DNA of 64,000 nucleotides from Spirochaetota bacterium. Its GTDB lineage: Bacteria > Spirochaetota > UBA6919 > CBDBPB01. Shown here piece after piece: positions 1 through 11,049 of this stretch. The first letter of the stretch is position 1. Each line of letters opens with the position of its first letter. Under the pieces are notes generated by a model, which saw only the letters and a program-made list of their open reading frames with translations, searched no databases and was not told the origin of the DNA. The translations under genes were made by a program, and so were the position numbers. Location: NCBI GenBank assembly GCA_965208615.1, contig CBDBPB010000006.1, positions 192,001 to 256,000 on the forward strand, given 5' to 3'.

Positions 1-144
1 ATTACAGCAATTATTATAACCAGCATTATAGGAGAAATAACTGAAAAAGGTATATTATTCTGGACAGCATTCTCTATAATAACAATAATAGGAATTATCA
101 TTATAACTCTAACATATATAGCTAAAAAAAGAAATAAAAATTGA
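1..144 (+). CDS. C-terminal fragment of a membrane protein (gene starts before the window)
   Basis: Frame 1 is open from base 1: ITAIIITSIIGEITEKGILFWTAFSIITIIGIIIITLTYIAKKRNKN*. Two hydrophobic segments and a basic tail; TGA at 142-144. Confidence 0.6.
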   Translation: MTAIIITSIIGEITEKGILFWTAFSIITIIGIIIITLTYIAKKRNKN

Positions 145-176
145 CTATTACAATAAAAAAATACCATATTTATAAT

Positions 177-2108
177 CTATCTATTTTTTATAAATTTAAT
201 CTTTTGCTTATCCGCCTTAATAACCAAATCAATAAACTCCCTAAACCTATTATAATCCCCTATAAAAATCCTGGGTACCCTTAGTTCAAGCTTTCTTTTA
301 TAAAAAATAAAATTACCTCCCCTTTTTCTCACTTCTCTAAAATAACTCCACAAAGGAAAAGTTAGTCTAACCGACTTTGGTAAACTCTTAATCCGCCACT
401 TATACGAATACTTAATTTTATGTTCTGATAATACAATAAAAGGTAGGATAAAATCAACATCATAAGCCCTACTACGGCTAAAAGGCAATAGCTTATTGTA
501 CTGAAGCTCAGGATTAACTATGATTTCATTCTTTTTCCCTTTAGCTAAATCAACCCTAAATATAACACTATATTTAAAGGGATTGCTAATATCAAAAGGA
601 TCGCTAGTTTTAATATTTACCAACTTAGTATTTCGAGAAAAGCTATAATGAGACTTATAGTTATGCCCCAAAGACTTAAGAGTATTTTTACTCTTTATAC
701 CAATTATACTAGCCCTCTCACTAACCTCATAAGAACCCTTGGTAATAAAATTAGTTTTATATTTAAGTACTCCATTACTCATTAGCTCAGAATTAGTTTT
801 ATAAATTATTTTATTATCATTTTGGGATATTAAAGGTACTCTATTAATAACCGGCTTATTACCTGTTATTAAAACTATCTTCCCATAAACCTTAGCCGGT
901 AGATAACCATAAGGTACTAAAGCAGAATACGGATCCAAAAATAAATAACCCTTATCCTTTGGAACAGCCACTAAAACTCTATTAAGTCCTTTTAATAGAG
1001 GAATATCATTATCAAAGTCAAATAACTCATTTGTAACAGCTATTTTAGCATTAATATTCACCGCTCTAAGAAGGTTCACTAAAAGAATAGACTTATCTAA
1101 AGAATCCCCATATTTTAAAGCCAAAACCTTAGCCGAAGAACTAGGAATATAACCCCTTATTCCAAAAGGAATAGCTATATTAGTTATGTTTTTTGTGTTT
1201 GTAACAAAATTATATAGTATTTCTGCCTTCTTTTCTGGGCTTATACCCTTTGTAAGCCTTTTAGCAGTCATAGTAACCATATTGTTATTATAAATACCAG
1301 ATGAAATTATAGAATAAAGCTTAGTGTTTAACTCATCCCATGTATGAGTAGTAGAAAAAATAAGCCTAGGACTAACCTCCTTATAACTTATCTGAAAAGG
1401 CTTATGACTAATAACCTTAATGTTATCCCTAACTAATACATAATAATCCATTTTATCACTAACAAACTTCCTAGGCCTAATAGCTGTCTTTATAGACTTA
1501 AACCATATCCTTTTTCCCTTAGGTAAAATTATAACCAGCTTCTGCCTTAAAATATGATTGGGATTATTAAAATAAAATACTCCCTCAACAAAACTTCCAA
1601 AATCTGAGTGGTCAACCTCTAATATATAACGTAAATTTAAAATTGAACCCTTTTCTATGTTAGAAAATGAAATTACCTTTACCCTTATGTTTTTATATAA
1701 TCCTAAGTTATAATATGAATTATGAAAAGGTGCAGAAGTATAAACCTTTTTAGCCTTTATTTTTTTATTGTCCTTTGTTATGGTATATGCCTCAATCTTA
1801 GAGATACGCTCATAGGCATTTTTAAAATATATAAAACTATTACCAATACCATCTTTTCTGTCAGTCAAAACCTTAATAACTTGATGAGTCTCAATACTAA
1901 GCTTATTCCTCAAAGATAAACGATAAACTGTCTTTTTTAGAAGAACTAAAAAATCACCAGAACTATTTATTTTATCCGCTCTCGAAAAAAGCTCCTTTAT
2001 GTTAACCCTTGTAATAGGATCATCAATAAACTCCGGCTTATAAGCCTTTTTACTAATACAGCTTGTAAAAACTAAAATTAAATATAAAAATATAATAGTC
2101 TTCTTCAT
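177..2108 (-). CDS. DUF3857 / transglutaminase-like lipoprotein, catalytic residues apparently degenerate
   Basis: Lipobox LVFTSC. DUF3857-like N-domain (VISFSNIEKGSILNLRY). Transglutaminase core reads YGDSLDKSILLVNLLRAVNI...LNRVLVAV...FLDP. Confidence 0.75.
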   Translation of the reverse strand: MKKTIIFLYLILVFTSCISKKAYKPEFIDDPITRVNIKELFSRADKINSSGDFLVLLKKTVYRLSLRNKLSIETHQVIKVLTDRKDGIGNSFIYFKNAYERISKIEAYTITKDNKKIKAKKVYTSAPFHNSYYNLGLYKNIRVKVISFSNIEKGSILNLRYILEVDHSDFGSFVEGVFYFNNPNHILRQKLVIILPKGKRIWFKSIKTAIRPRKFVSDKMDYYVLVRDNIKVISHKPFQISYKEVSPRLIFSTTHTWDELNTKLYSIISSGIYNNNMVTMTAKRLTKGISPEKKAEILYNFVTNTKNITNIAIPFGIRGYIPSSSAKVLALKYGDSLDKSILLVNLLRAVNINAKIAVTNELFDFDNDIPLLKGLNRVLVAVPKDKGYLFLDPYSALVPYGYLPAKVYGKIVLITGNKPVINRVPLISQNDNKIIYKTNSELMSNGVLKYKTNFITKGSYEVSERASIIGIKSKNTLKSLGHNYKSHYSFSRNTKLVNIKTSDPFDISNPFKYSVIFRVDLAKGKKNEIIVNPELQYNKLLPFSRSRAYDVDFILPFIVLSEHKIKYSYKWRIKSLPKSVRLTFPLWSYFREVRKRGGNFIFYKRKLELRVPRIFIGDYNRFREFIDLVIKADKQKIKFIKNR

Positions 2109-2176
2109 ATCCTTTAACGCTATAAGCCCCTTACTAACTATGTAAAAACAAATTAACCTTAATAAACTATAAAAAG

Positions 2177-3127
2177 TTAAACAACCTTTAAATAACTATC
2201 ATAATACTCTTTATACTTTTTACCCTGCCAGGTATTTATGCTTTCTAAGTATTTGTCTATAAGAGTATTAAACTCACTCTTTTTTATATTCCAGTTAGGA
2301 GCAACAAGTAAATCTAATGGTCCAAGTCCAAACAGCCTTTGAATAATAACATCAAAAGGTAAAAGCTCTAAAGACTCAGATAGTAACTCCAAATACTCAT
2401 TAAGACTGGGTAAACTAAACTTATTATCTAAATAATATCTTTCTAATAAAGTGTTTTTAACTACATGGAGCTGGTGGATCTTAATACCGTTTATCCTAAT
2501 ATCAGACAAATACCTAACAGTATCAAGCATCATATTTTTAGTCTCTAAGGGAAGACCGTGTATAATATGAACACAAATATTAACCTTGGGTATAGCTTTA
2601 GTCTCTATATAAGTTTTGTGAAAGTCTTTAAAGGTATGTCCCCTATTAATTATTTCAAGAGTTTTATCATGCATAGACTGTAAACCATATTCCACCCACA
2701 AATAAGTCTCTTTAGACAATTCCTCAAATAACTTAAGTATATCATCATTAATACAGTCCGGCCTTGTTCCAATGGATAGCCCTATAACCTTAGGGTGAGA
2801 TATAGCCTCATAATACAAAGACTTAATATACTCCTTATCCCCATAAGTATTAGAATATGGCTGAAAATAAGCTATAAACTTATTACAGTTATAACGCTTT
2901 TTAAGATATGCAATCCCATTATTAAGCTGGTGGGTAACAGTATTTTTACTAGTACTATTAGGTTTAAAACTATTATTGTTGCAATAAATACACCCCCCAA
3001 CTGCCTTTTTACCATCCCTATTAGGACAAGTAAATCCAGCATCAATACACACCTTATAAACCTTTTCATTGAATTTGTTTTTTAAAAAACTACCAAAATT
3101 GTTATATCTTTTTTTATTTTCAAACAT
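2177..3127 (-). CDS. TIGR01212 family radical SAM protein (YhcC/YtqA-like)
   Basis: DAGFTCPNRDG...GGCIYC, AYFQPYSNTY, IGTRPDC, EYGLQS, INRGH, GIKIHQLH motifs. Confidence 0.92.
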   Translation of the reverse strand: MFENKKRYNNFGSFLKNKFNEKVYKVCIDAGFTCPNRDGKKAVGGCIYCNNNSFKPNSTSKNTVTHQLNNGIAYLKKRYNCNKFIAYFQPYSNTYGDKEYIKSLYYEAISHPKVIGLSIGTRPDCINDDILKLFEELSKETYLWVEYGLQSMHDKTLEIINRGHTFKDFHKTYIETKAIPKVNICVHIIHGLPLETKNMMLDTVRYLSDIRINGIKIHQLHVVKNTLLERYYLDNKFSLPSLNEYLELLSESLELLPFDVIIQRLFGLGPLDLLVAPNWNIKKSEFNTLIDKYLESINTWQGKKYKEYYDSYLKVV

Positions 3128-3259
3128 TTATATATCTAACTTCTTCTAAAAAAATATTTTTATTTTTATACTTTATACTTTACACAAAATGAATATTTAT
3201 ATTTTATTAAAAATAAAACAAAAATCAAGCTTTTTATATTTACACATAATGGAGTATAT

Positions 3260-3919
3260 ATGACTTTTAAAGAAATTGCCTTTGATGTCGATGGAACGCT
3301 TTATTCATCAGAAGGTATAATACTAACAGCTTATGAACAAGGCATAAACAGCTTTAATAGCAAATATCCAAACTATAACATAAAAATACCATCCCTTAAC
3401 AACCTACTAAACCTTATTGGCTATCCTATAGACTACATTTATGAAAACTTATTCCCCAAACTATCCCCTGATGAGCGAACTAACTTAAGAAAGCTTATTG
3501 AAAATAAACTCCTTAACGCTATAAAAAATAAAAATGGTATACTATTCAATGGAGTATATGAGACATTAGAATATCTAAATAATAAAAAATATAAATTATT
3601 TATAGCATCCAATGGAGGATTCCCATATTTAAATTTAATCCTAAAAACATACAAAATTAAAAAGTTCTTTCAGCCGATTATAACCATAAATAACATAAAT
3701 ATATGCAATAAAGGTGATATATTATTAGAATACCAAAAAACTGCTAACCTTAATCCTAACTCAACACTAATGGTCGGAGACAGACTTTCTGACCTAGAAG
3801 CCGCTAATAAATTAGGGTGTAGGTTTATAGGCTGTAGTTATGGACATGGTAATAATAATGAAATTAAATCTGCCGATATTATTATATCCAGAATATCAGA
3901 TATAATTTACAATATTTAA
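3260..3919 (+). CDS. HAD-superfamily hydrolase (phosphoglycolate phosphatase/5'-nucleotidase-like)
   Basis: Motif I FDVDGTL, motif II IASNG, motif IV MVGDRLSD; GGAG RBS upstream. Confidence 0.88.
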   Translation: MTFKEIAFDVDGTLYSSEGIILTAYEQGINSFNSKYPNYNIKIPSLNNLLNLIGYPIDYIYENLFPKLSPDERTNLRKLIENKLLNAIKNKNGILFNGVYETLEYLNNKKYKLFIASNGGFPYLNLILKTYKIKKFFQPIITINNINICNKGDILLEYQKTANLNPNSTLMVGDRLSDLEAANKLGCRFIGCSYGHGNNNEIKSADIIISRISDIIYNI

Positions 3920-4041
3920 AAGTATTAAGCTGTTTTATATTTTTAAATAAATAATTTGCAATTCCTTGCATAACATATTAACTTTTAAGGAATTAACTTT
4001 TTAAATAAAAGTTATTTATTACTAAACAAATAGAATAAATT

Positions 4042-4518
4042 ATGAACCAATATACAGATAAAAAAATAGACTTTTATAAAAATATCATTATTACAGATAA
4101 ACAACATGATCTAGTCTATACTAAACCTATATCGCATAGTAATAGTGGATGCTATTTTAAAAGAATAAGCCATAAAAACAAGTTAATTATTTTAGAATAT
4201 ATAAATAATAAAATAATAAAAAAATATAGCTATAGCAGTAAAGGTAACCTGTCTTTACTAACCAGCTATAACAATGGTAATAAAAATTATATTATTACTA
4301 CTTTCTATGATTATTCCCTATCAAAAAAACGTATAAAAGAAAAACGTTTCTATACTAATAAATACAAATATCTAAAAAAAGAACAGTATGATAAAAATAA
4401 TTATCTTATCCTAATAACGTATTTTGTAAAGGGAATACCATATTATAAAGAAAGATTTAATGATGGATTTCTTATTAGCTCTAACTATTATAACGAAAAA
4501 GGTCTTAAAATAGTTTAA
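4042..4518 (+). CDS. Hypothetical Tyr/Lys-rich protein with MORN/YwqK-like beta-hairpin repeats
   Basis: Repeated Y..xG/YY..xG units (YSYSSKG, YNNG, YDKNN, YFVKG, FNDG, YYNEKG). Confidence 0.5.
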   Translation: MNQYTDKKIDFYKNIIITDKQHDLVYTKPISHSNSGCYFKRISHKNKLIILEYINNKIIKKYSYSSKGNLSLLTSYNNGNKNYIITTFYDYSLSKKRIKEKRFYTNKYKYLKKEQYDKNNYLILITYFVKGIPYYKERFNDGFLISSNYYNEKGLKIV

Positions 4519-4537
4519 AACCAACTCTATTCGTAAT

Positions 4538-5497
4538 TTATTTATGATCGTGGGTATTAAAATCCTTTTTGTTATTATTAGGCTTTTCCTTAGCTAAAGA
4601 TTTCTTAAAAAAGAAGTCTTCTTTTTTGTTCAAAGAACTATAAATGTAAGATGGAACCTCATAAACAACTTTATCACCGTCTAGTTTGGCGTATACTTTT
4701 TGATTATACTCTGTAATAAGTAATTTATATAACTTAGCTTTCGTTTTAATTGTTAGCAATAAAACCTTATTATTAAAAGATATGCTTTTTTGTTTATCCT
4801 TCTCATCAAGAAAGTTAATGGCTTTAACGTTTGAAATATTATTAATATACTCTTTTATCTTGCTATCATCAAGCGGCTTATCTTTATTTTGAACTGTCCA
4901 GTTATCCTTATCTTTAATAAGATATATGTTGTTTGACTTAACCTCTCTTATATTGTTTTCAGCTAACTTTAGAAAATCCTTATCACGAAAGTCCTTTAAC
5001 GATTTACTCAAACCACTTTCACCTAAATCATGCTGTGAAAGAACATATACCTTATTAGAACTGTCAATCTTTGCATAATAACTAGAGCCATCCGGAGCTT
5101 TATTCCCACGAATAATAAGGTACTCTTTCAAATCTTTAGTTTTTATTTTATAAAAGTCTTTGCTTTTATCCAAACCAAAATCATTAATGCTTTTTACGGT
5201 AAAAGATTTGCTAGCTCTAATATTAATAAACCCTTTTATAAAAGAATTAATTGTCTTAATATCCACTGCAAACCTTTTAGGAAAGGTTATCTGCCATTTT
5301 CCATTTTCTTTTTCGCAAATAACTTTCTTATTTTCAATATTAACCTCTATAGTATTAATTTCATCAGCTTTTAGCAAAAATAGTTTTTTAGCAACCTCTT
5401 TAGGCTTTTCATTATCCTTACCATTGGGACTATTTAAAACAAAGTATAATATTGCTAAAATAACCAGTATAGCTAAGTATATTAGATTTTTTTTCAT
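4538..5497 (-). CDS. DUF4340 domain-containing protein
   Basis: N-terminal TM anchor, then KENGKWQITFP...DFGLD...RGNKAPDGSSYYAK...LKDFRDK and a second repeat of the domain. Confidence 0.8.
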   Translation of the reverse strand: MKKNLIYLAILVILAILYFVLNSPNGKDNEKPKEVAKKLFLLKADEINTIEVNIENKKVICEKENGKWQITFPKRFAVDIKTINSFIKGFINIRASKSFTVKSINDFGLDKSKDFYKIKTKDLKEYLIIRGNKAPDGSSYYAKIDSSNKVYVLSQHDLGESGLSKSLKDFRDKDFLKLAENNIREVKSNNIYLIKDKDNWTVQNKDKPLDDSKIKEYINNISNVKAINFLDEKDKQKSISFNNKVLLLTIKTKAKLYKLLITEYNQKVYAKLDGDKVVYEVPSYIYSSLNKKEDFFFKKSLAKEKPNNNKKDFNTHDHK

Positions 5498-5836
5498 TAC
5501 TACTCCAGTTTAGTATAATATTTTCAGATATATAAACTATATTTATCAAAAACGTTTTAACAATAATCAAAATCTATAAAAAAATCTATAAATAAAATAA
5601 ATAATTTTGGCTTTATATAAAGTTAATTTTAATAAAAAACATTTTATGAATAAAAAAGTATACTATGGTAATATGAATATTATAAAAACCCTATAGTTAA
5701 CTCATTGGATATATGTATTAGCAGTTTTATTTGATTAAATATAGTGTTTTCAACTTTGCTTTTCAAAATTTTTTATTATATTAACAACATTATAAACTTA
5801 CAAAATATTATTAAATTAGATGTTCTAGGAGAGAAG

Positions 5837-6442
5837 ATGTCTTGGTATATACCACAAGTATTTGAACAGTCAAGTAAAGGTGAGCGATTTTATGATATAT
5901 ATTCCCGATTATTAAAAGATAGAATTATTTTTATACAGTCGGCAATTGATGACTTTTATGCTAATGTCGTAGTAGGACAGTTGTTGTTCCTAGAAGCCGA
6001 TGATCCAGAAAAAGATATATATATGTATATAAATAGTCCTGGCGGCTCAGTAACCGCAGGATTAGCTATTTATGATACTATTCAATTTGTTAAACCTAAT
6101 GTCCAAACAGTATGTATAGGTCAAGCCGCTAGTATAGCGGCAGTACTATTAGCATCTGGCTCTAAAGGAAAACGATATTCTCTTCCTAATTCCAGAATTA
6201 TAATACATCAGCCATTAGGCGGTGCAACCGGACAAGCTACCGATATTGAAATACAGGCTAATGAACTTATAAGAATTAGAGATTTAGTTAATAATATCCT
6301 GGTTAACCATACTGGTAAAAGTATTGAAACAATTCAAAGAGATACAGATAGAGACTTTTTTATGGATGCCTTAGAAGCAAAAAACTATGGCATTATAGAT
6401 GCCATTTTTGAAAATAAAGGGGACAAAAATGAAGAGAGGTAA
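5837..6442 (+). CDS. clpP: ATP-dependent Clp protease proteolytic subunit
   Basis: [21 protein letters not shown], catalytic [19 protein letters not shown]. Start moved to ATG 5837 (AGGAGA RBS). Confidence 0.96.
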   Translation: MSWYIPQVFEQSSKGERFYDIYSRLLKDRIIFIQSAIDDFYANVVVGQLLFLEADDPEKDIYMYINSPGGSVTAGLAIYDTIQFVKPNVQTVCIGQAASIAAVLLASGSKGKRYSLPNSRIIIHQPLGGATGQATDIEIQANELIRIRDLVNNILVNHTGKSIETIQRDTDRDFFMDALEAKNYGIIDAIFENKGDKNEER

Positions 6443-7709
6443 AGATAATACTATAATGAGCTGTTCTTTTTGCGGAAAAACTCAAGAAGAGGTTAAAAAG
6501 CTTGTTGCCGGACCTGATGTTTTCATTTGTGATGAGTGTATTGATACTTGCAATGACATTATAATGGAAAATCAAGAAAATAATCAAGATAACTTTATAC
6601 TAGATAAACTAATTAAACCTAAAGAAATTAAAACTCTACTCGATGACTATGTTATACTCCAAGAAGATGCTAAAAAAGCTTTATCTGTTGCCGTATACAA
6701 CCATTATAAAAGAATCCATTTTAACCAAAAACACAATAATACCAAAAAGTCTAGAGACTTTGATCACATAGAAATTGAAAAAAGTAATATATTACTAATG
6801 GGAAATACAGGAACTGGTAAAACCCTTTTAGCTAAGTCATTAGCTAGAATATTAAACGTACCTTTTGCTATAGTAGATGCAACCACTCTAACTGAAGCTG
6901 GCTATGTCGGTGAAGATGTAGAAAATATACTTCTAAAATTAATCCAAAACGCTAAAGGTGATGAAAAACAAGCTATAGAAAATGCACAAGCTGGAATAAT
7001 CTATATAGACGAAATTGATAAGGTAAGTAGAAAAAATGAAAACCCATCCATTACAAGAGATGTGTCTGGTGAGGGAGTTCAACAAGCTTTACTTAAAATA
7101 ATTGAAGGAACTATTGCCTCAGTACCCCCACATGGCGGTAGAAAACACCCCCATCAAGACCTTATAAAAATAGATACTACTAATATCCTTTTTATTTGTG
7201 GCGGAGCCTTTGTCGGACTAGATCAAATAATTCAAGACAGAATAGGAAAAAAAATGCTTGGCTTTTCTAGTACTAAAGAAAAATCTACTAGAAATATAGG
7301 AGAAAATATTCTTAATCAAGTAATTCCTGAAGACCTCGTTAAATACGGACTCATACCTGAATTTGTTGGACGTCTACCCGTCATTACTACACTAGAAGAT
7401 TTGGATAAAAATGCTCTAGTTAGAATACTTACTGAACCTAAAAATGCCTTAATAAAGCAGTATAAAAAGATTTTTGAACTGGATAACGTTGAACTAGTCT
7501 TTATGGAAGAAGCTATAGAAGCCGCCGCTGAACTAGCATTTACTCAAAAGACTGGTGCAAGAGGATTAAGATATACCCTTGAAGATGTAATGATGGAACT
7601 TATGTTTGAAATACCTTCTAAAGAGGATATTAGTAGAGTTGTCATTACAAAAGGTGTAATTGAAAAAAAAGAAGATCCTTTAGTCGTTATAAAAGAAAAA
7701 TCAGCTTAA
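6429..7709 (+). CDS. clpX: ATP-dependent Clp protease ATP-binding subunit
   Basis: Zinc-binding CSFC...ICDEC, Walker [43 protein letters not shown]. Overlaps the clpP 3' end. Confidence 0.97.
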   Translation: MKRGKDNTIMSCSFCGKTQEEVKKLVAGPDVFICDECIDTCNDIIMENQENNQDNFILDKLIKPKEIKTLLDDYVILQEDAKKALSVAVYNHYKRIHFNQKHNNTKKSRDFDHIEIEKSNILLMGNTGTGKTLLAKSLARILNVPFAIVDATTLTEAGYVGEDVENILLKLIQNAKGDEKQAIENAQAGIIYIDEIDKVSRKNENPSITRDVSGEGVQQALLKIIEGTIASVPPHGGRKHPHQDLIKIDTTNILFICGGAFVGLDQIIQDRIGKKMLGFSSTKEKSTRNIGENILNQVIPEDLVKYGLIPEFVGRLPVITTLEDLDKNALVRILTEPKNALIKQYKKIFELDNVELVFMEEAIEAAAELAFTQKTGARGLRYTLEDVMMELMFEIPSKEDISRVVITKGVIEKKEDPLVVIKEKSA

Positions 7710-9052
7710 CTTTTACTAATAAGCTCTATCACCTCTTTTATAGAGAATACACTAACTACATTATGTGTTTTAATATTAGATGAAAGCTCTTGATAATTCT
7801 TTTTAGGTATTACAATAGTTTTTATCCCCAATTTTATGGCTTCATTTACCCTTAAACGAATACCTGATACTCCCCTAATTTCTCCAGCTAAACCTAATTC
7901 TCCAATAAACAAAATAGACTTATTAAAACTTATCTTTTTAAATGCAGAATAAATTGCAACCAAAATACTAAGCTCTATACCAGGTTCTTTTACCTGAATA
8001 CCCCCTGTAATGTTTATATATACATCATTTTGTACTAAAATTAGTCCTAATATTTTTTCTAAAATAGCAATTAATTTGTGTACTTTATTAATGTCTATAC
8101 CATTTACAACCCTCTTAGGAAAAGTAAAGTGAGTAGAACTAACTAAAGCTTGAACCTCTACCAAAATAGGACGACTGCCTTCATTTATTGCCGAAAGAGT
8201 AGTACCTGAGTGAATAGGATTATAATCCTGTATAAAATGTTGAGAAGGATTGCTTATTTCTTTAAGTCCTAAATTAGTCATCTTGAAAATACCTATTTCA
8301 TCGGTAGACCCAAATCTATTTTTATAGCTCCTCAAAATCCTAAACGAGTCTTGCTTATCCCCTTCTATATAAAGTACTACATCAACAATATGCTCTAGGG
8401 CCTTTGGACCCGCAATATTACCTTCTTTAGTAACATGGCCTACCAAAAAAATAAATATATTTTCCTTTTTGGATAACTTAAGAAATAAATTAGCTCCATC
8501 TTTAATTTGTGTTAAACTTCCTGGTAGTCCTTGGGTTTCAGGACGATAAACCGTTTGTATAGAGTCTATAACCACTCCTAAAGGTTTTAGTTGTAATATA
8601 CTATCCTCTATATCTTTTAGATCTGCCTCATCAAGCAAATATATATTTTCCTGATTTATATTAAGTCGGTTACTCCTTAACTTAATTTGATATACAGACT
8701 CTTCCCCGCAGTTATATAGAATAGTACCGCTAGAACTTAGCTTCTCAACTAACTGAAGCAAAAAAGTAGACTTTCCAATACCTGGCTCTCCCCCGACTAA
8801 AATAAGAGAACCGGATACTATTCCACCACCCATAACATTATCAAACTCTTTAATATTTGTTTCTAGCCTGTTTTCTGCAATAGGGGATATGTCAGATAAA
8901 GATAAAAGTGGTATTTTATGGCTAGTTATATTAGCAGAACTGGACTCTTCAAAGCTATTCCAAGAATCACACTGAGAACATTTACCTAACCATTTTACAC
9001 TTTTATATCCACACTCTGAACAAATAAATATTTTCTTTGTTTTCTTTGACAA
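7706..9052 (-). CDS. radA: DNA repair protein RadA/Sms
   Basis: CSECG...WLGKCSQC zinc finger, [15 protein letters not shown] motif, Lon-like C-domain. TTG start. Confidence 0.96.
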   Translation of the reverse strand: MSKKTKKIFICSECGYKSVKWLGKCSQCDSWNSFEESSSANITSHKIPLLSLSDISPIAENRLETNIKEFDNVMGGGIVSGSLILVGGEPGIGKSTFLLQLVEKLSSSGTILYNCGEESVYQIKLRSNRLNINQENIYLLDEADLKDIEDSILQLKPLGVVIDSIQTVYRPETQGLPGSLTQIKDGANLFLKLSKKENIFIFLVGHVTKEGNIAGPKALEHIVDVVLYIEGDKQDSFRILRSYKNRFGSTDEIGIFKMTNLGLKEISNPSQHFIQDYNPIHSGTTLSAINEGSRPILVEVQALVSSTHFTFPKRVVNGIDINKVHKLIAILEKILGLILVQNDVYINITGGIQVKEPGIELSILVAIYSAFKKISFNKSILFIGELGLAGEIRGVSGIRLRVNEAIKLGIKTIVIPKKNYQELSSNIKTHNVVSVFSIKEVIELISKS

Positions 9053-10036
9053 TTAAAAAGGACCTGGCCTATATTTTTTTTTATTAGAAATAAGAGGACT
9101 GTTTTTAACCTCAATAACTAATTCATTTAAGTTTTTTATTAGCTTATTAATATTTTTAGTCATTTTCTTACTTTTAAACATTGCTCCCAGTGGTGTTTTT
9201 TCATCATCTAAGTTTTTAGCTATTTTATTTAATTTAGCAACAAACTTTTTTACCTCTTTTAAGACTGTTGAACTCTCTTTAGTAATAGTAAGTACGCCAT
9301 CTTTTTTAGAAAAGAACTTATTCATATAACCATCAGTTTTACTAACAAAAGATTGTATAGAGGTTGATAGCTTTTTTATTTCACTATTAGCAAGTAATAT
9401 AGTCTCATTTACATTATCCATTGTCTTTTTTACATGCTTATCTTTTATATCCAAAACCAGCTTATTTGAATTATCCATTAACTTATTTAAATTTTTAGAA
9501 GAAGACAAAACATTTTTTAAAATCTCTTTAATCTCTTTACCATTAACATATATCTTAATCTGTTCTAAGGTTGGATAAAGTTGATTATCCAATATATTAT
9601 TTATTGAATCTGCAATCTTTGCTACTTTTGGAATTATAGAATCCAAATCTTGTGCCTTTTTTCCTTTAAGCTTAGTATTCTCTTTTATAGGTTCACCCCC
9701 CTTTCCTAATAAGACAAATAAATATTTTTCACCTAATAAACCAGCTCCGCTTATAGAGAATGATGCAGTATCAGTTAAAACAATATCTGAATCAGTAATA
9801 ACAAAATGGACATTAGCAAACATTCCATCTATTTTTAACTTTGTAACTTTACCTATTCGAATTCCACCATTTAACTTAACATGTCCTCCTTCCATAAGGT
9901 TATTCAAGTTTTCAAATTGCACTATATAATATTTTCCACTAATTCCAAATCGTAAGTCTTTTAGAAAAAAAACTACTACAAACATACTAACTAAGGCAAG
10001 AAATATTACTATTCCAACTTTAATTTCATTCTTCAT
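9053..10036 (-). CDS. MlaD/MCE family protein with long helical C-terminal region
   Basis: MKNEIKVG start, TM anchor, MCE domain (GGIRIGKV...GLLGEKYL), long amphipathic helical tail. Confidence 0.88.
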   Translation of the reverse strand: MKNEIKVGIVIFLALVSMFVVVFFLKDLRFGISGKYYIVQFENLNNLMEGGHVKLNGGIRIGKVTKLKIDGMFANVHFVITDSDIVLTDTASFSISGAGLLGEKYLFVLLGKGGEPIKENTKLKGKKAQDLDSIIPKVAKIADSINNILDNQLYPTLEQIKIYVNGKEIKEILKNVLSSSKNLNKLMDNSNKLVLDIKDKHVKKTMDNVNETILLANSEIKKLSTSIQSFVSKTDGYMNKFFSKKDGVLTITKESSTVLKEVKKFVAKLNKIAKNLDDEKTPLGAMFKSKKMTKNINKLIKNLNELVIEVKNSPLISNKKKYRPGPF

Positions 10037-10289
10037 TATATATCCTTATTAATTGATTAATCATATTATTTCAGTTATAGTAATAAAACTTAACAAATTT
10101 CAATAAAAAGTATACCTTCATTCTTGTTATTCTTTGCGATTTAACAGCCTATTTATTATCACTTTTTTATAAAAAAAGTTTTTTTTATATCCAAAATTAG
10201 GTAAATTTTGAATATACCTTAGTGAATTTTAAACACTTAACTTTTAAAAACCTTTTTACTTAATTTATTATAACAACTAACTTTATTAT

Positions 10290-10763
10290 ATGGTAAATTT
10301 AACTATGAAAGAAGCAGTAAAAGTAGTAGTAACTAATCGTAGGGCTAAATTTGAATATCATATAGCAGAAAGACTAGAAGCTGGAATTATGTTAACTGGA
10401 ACTGAAGTAAAGTCTATTCGCTTATCTATGATTAACTTAAAAGATAGTTTTGCCAAGTTTATAAATGGTGAACTATGGTTAGTTAGTACACATATAACCG
10501 AGTATAAGTTCGGGAATATAAATAACCATGATCCTAAAAGAAATAGAAAACTACTATTAAACAAAAGGGAATTAAAAAAACTTTTTGTCAAAGTTAAAGA
10601 AAAGGGTTTTACATTAATCCCTTTAAGAGTTTATCTTAAAAATGGCTTTATTAAAATAGAAATAGGTGTTTGCAAGGGTAAAAAGTTATACGATAAACGA
10701 GAGTCTAGCAAAAAAAGAGAGGCTGATATAGAAATGCAAAGAAATTTAGCACGATATTCATAA
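10290..10763 (+). CDS. smpB: SsrA-binding protein (start may be 10305)
   Basis: NRRAKFEY, EAGIMLTGTEVKSIR, RKLLL, KGKKLYDKRE. Confidence 0.97.
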   Translation: MVNLTMKEAVKVVVTNRRAKFEYHIAERLEAGIMLTGTEVKSIRLSMINLKDSFAKFINGELWLVSTHITEYKFGNINNHDPKRNRKLLLNKRELKKLFVKVKEKGFTLIPLRVYLKNGFIKIEIGVCKGKKLYDKRESSKKREADIEMQRNLARYS

Positions 10764-11049
10764 TAAATATATTAACTCAATTGTTTTTTTATAACTATTA
10801 ATTTTCTTTTGTTATAGTCTATCCTTTATAGCTAATAAAAAAAGTATAAGCTTTTAACTTTTTTATTTTTATCATTTTTTTAAGGAAAAAACTTTTCTTA
10901 ACCTTAATTTTAGATAATATTTTAAGTATATTTTATAGGATTTTAAGCATTTAATTTTCCTAATAATATTTTTTTATTTATTGGAGTAACATAGTAAACA
11001 AATATTTTTTCTAACTTATATTATAATATATACATAAAGAGGAGGAATT

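Noticed and set aside
10764-11049. tmRNA (ssrA) downstream of smpB
   Set aside because: The spacer is almost pure A/T with no GGGG 5' end, no T-arm and no CCA acceptor end.
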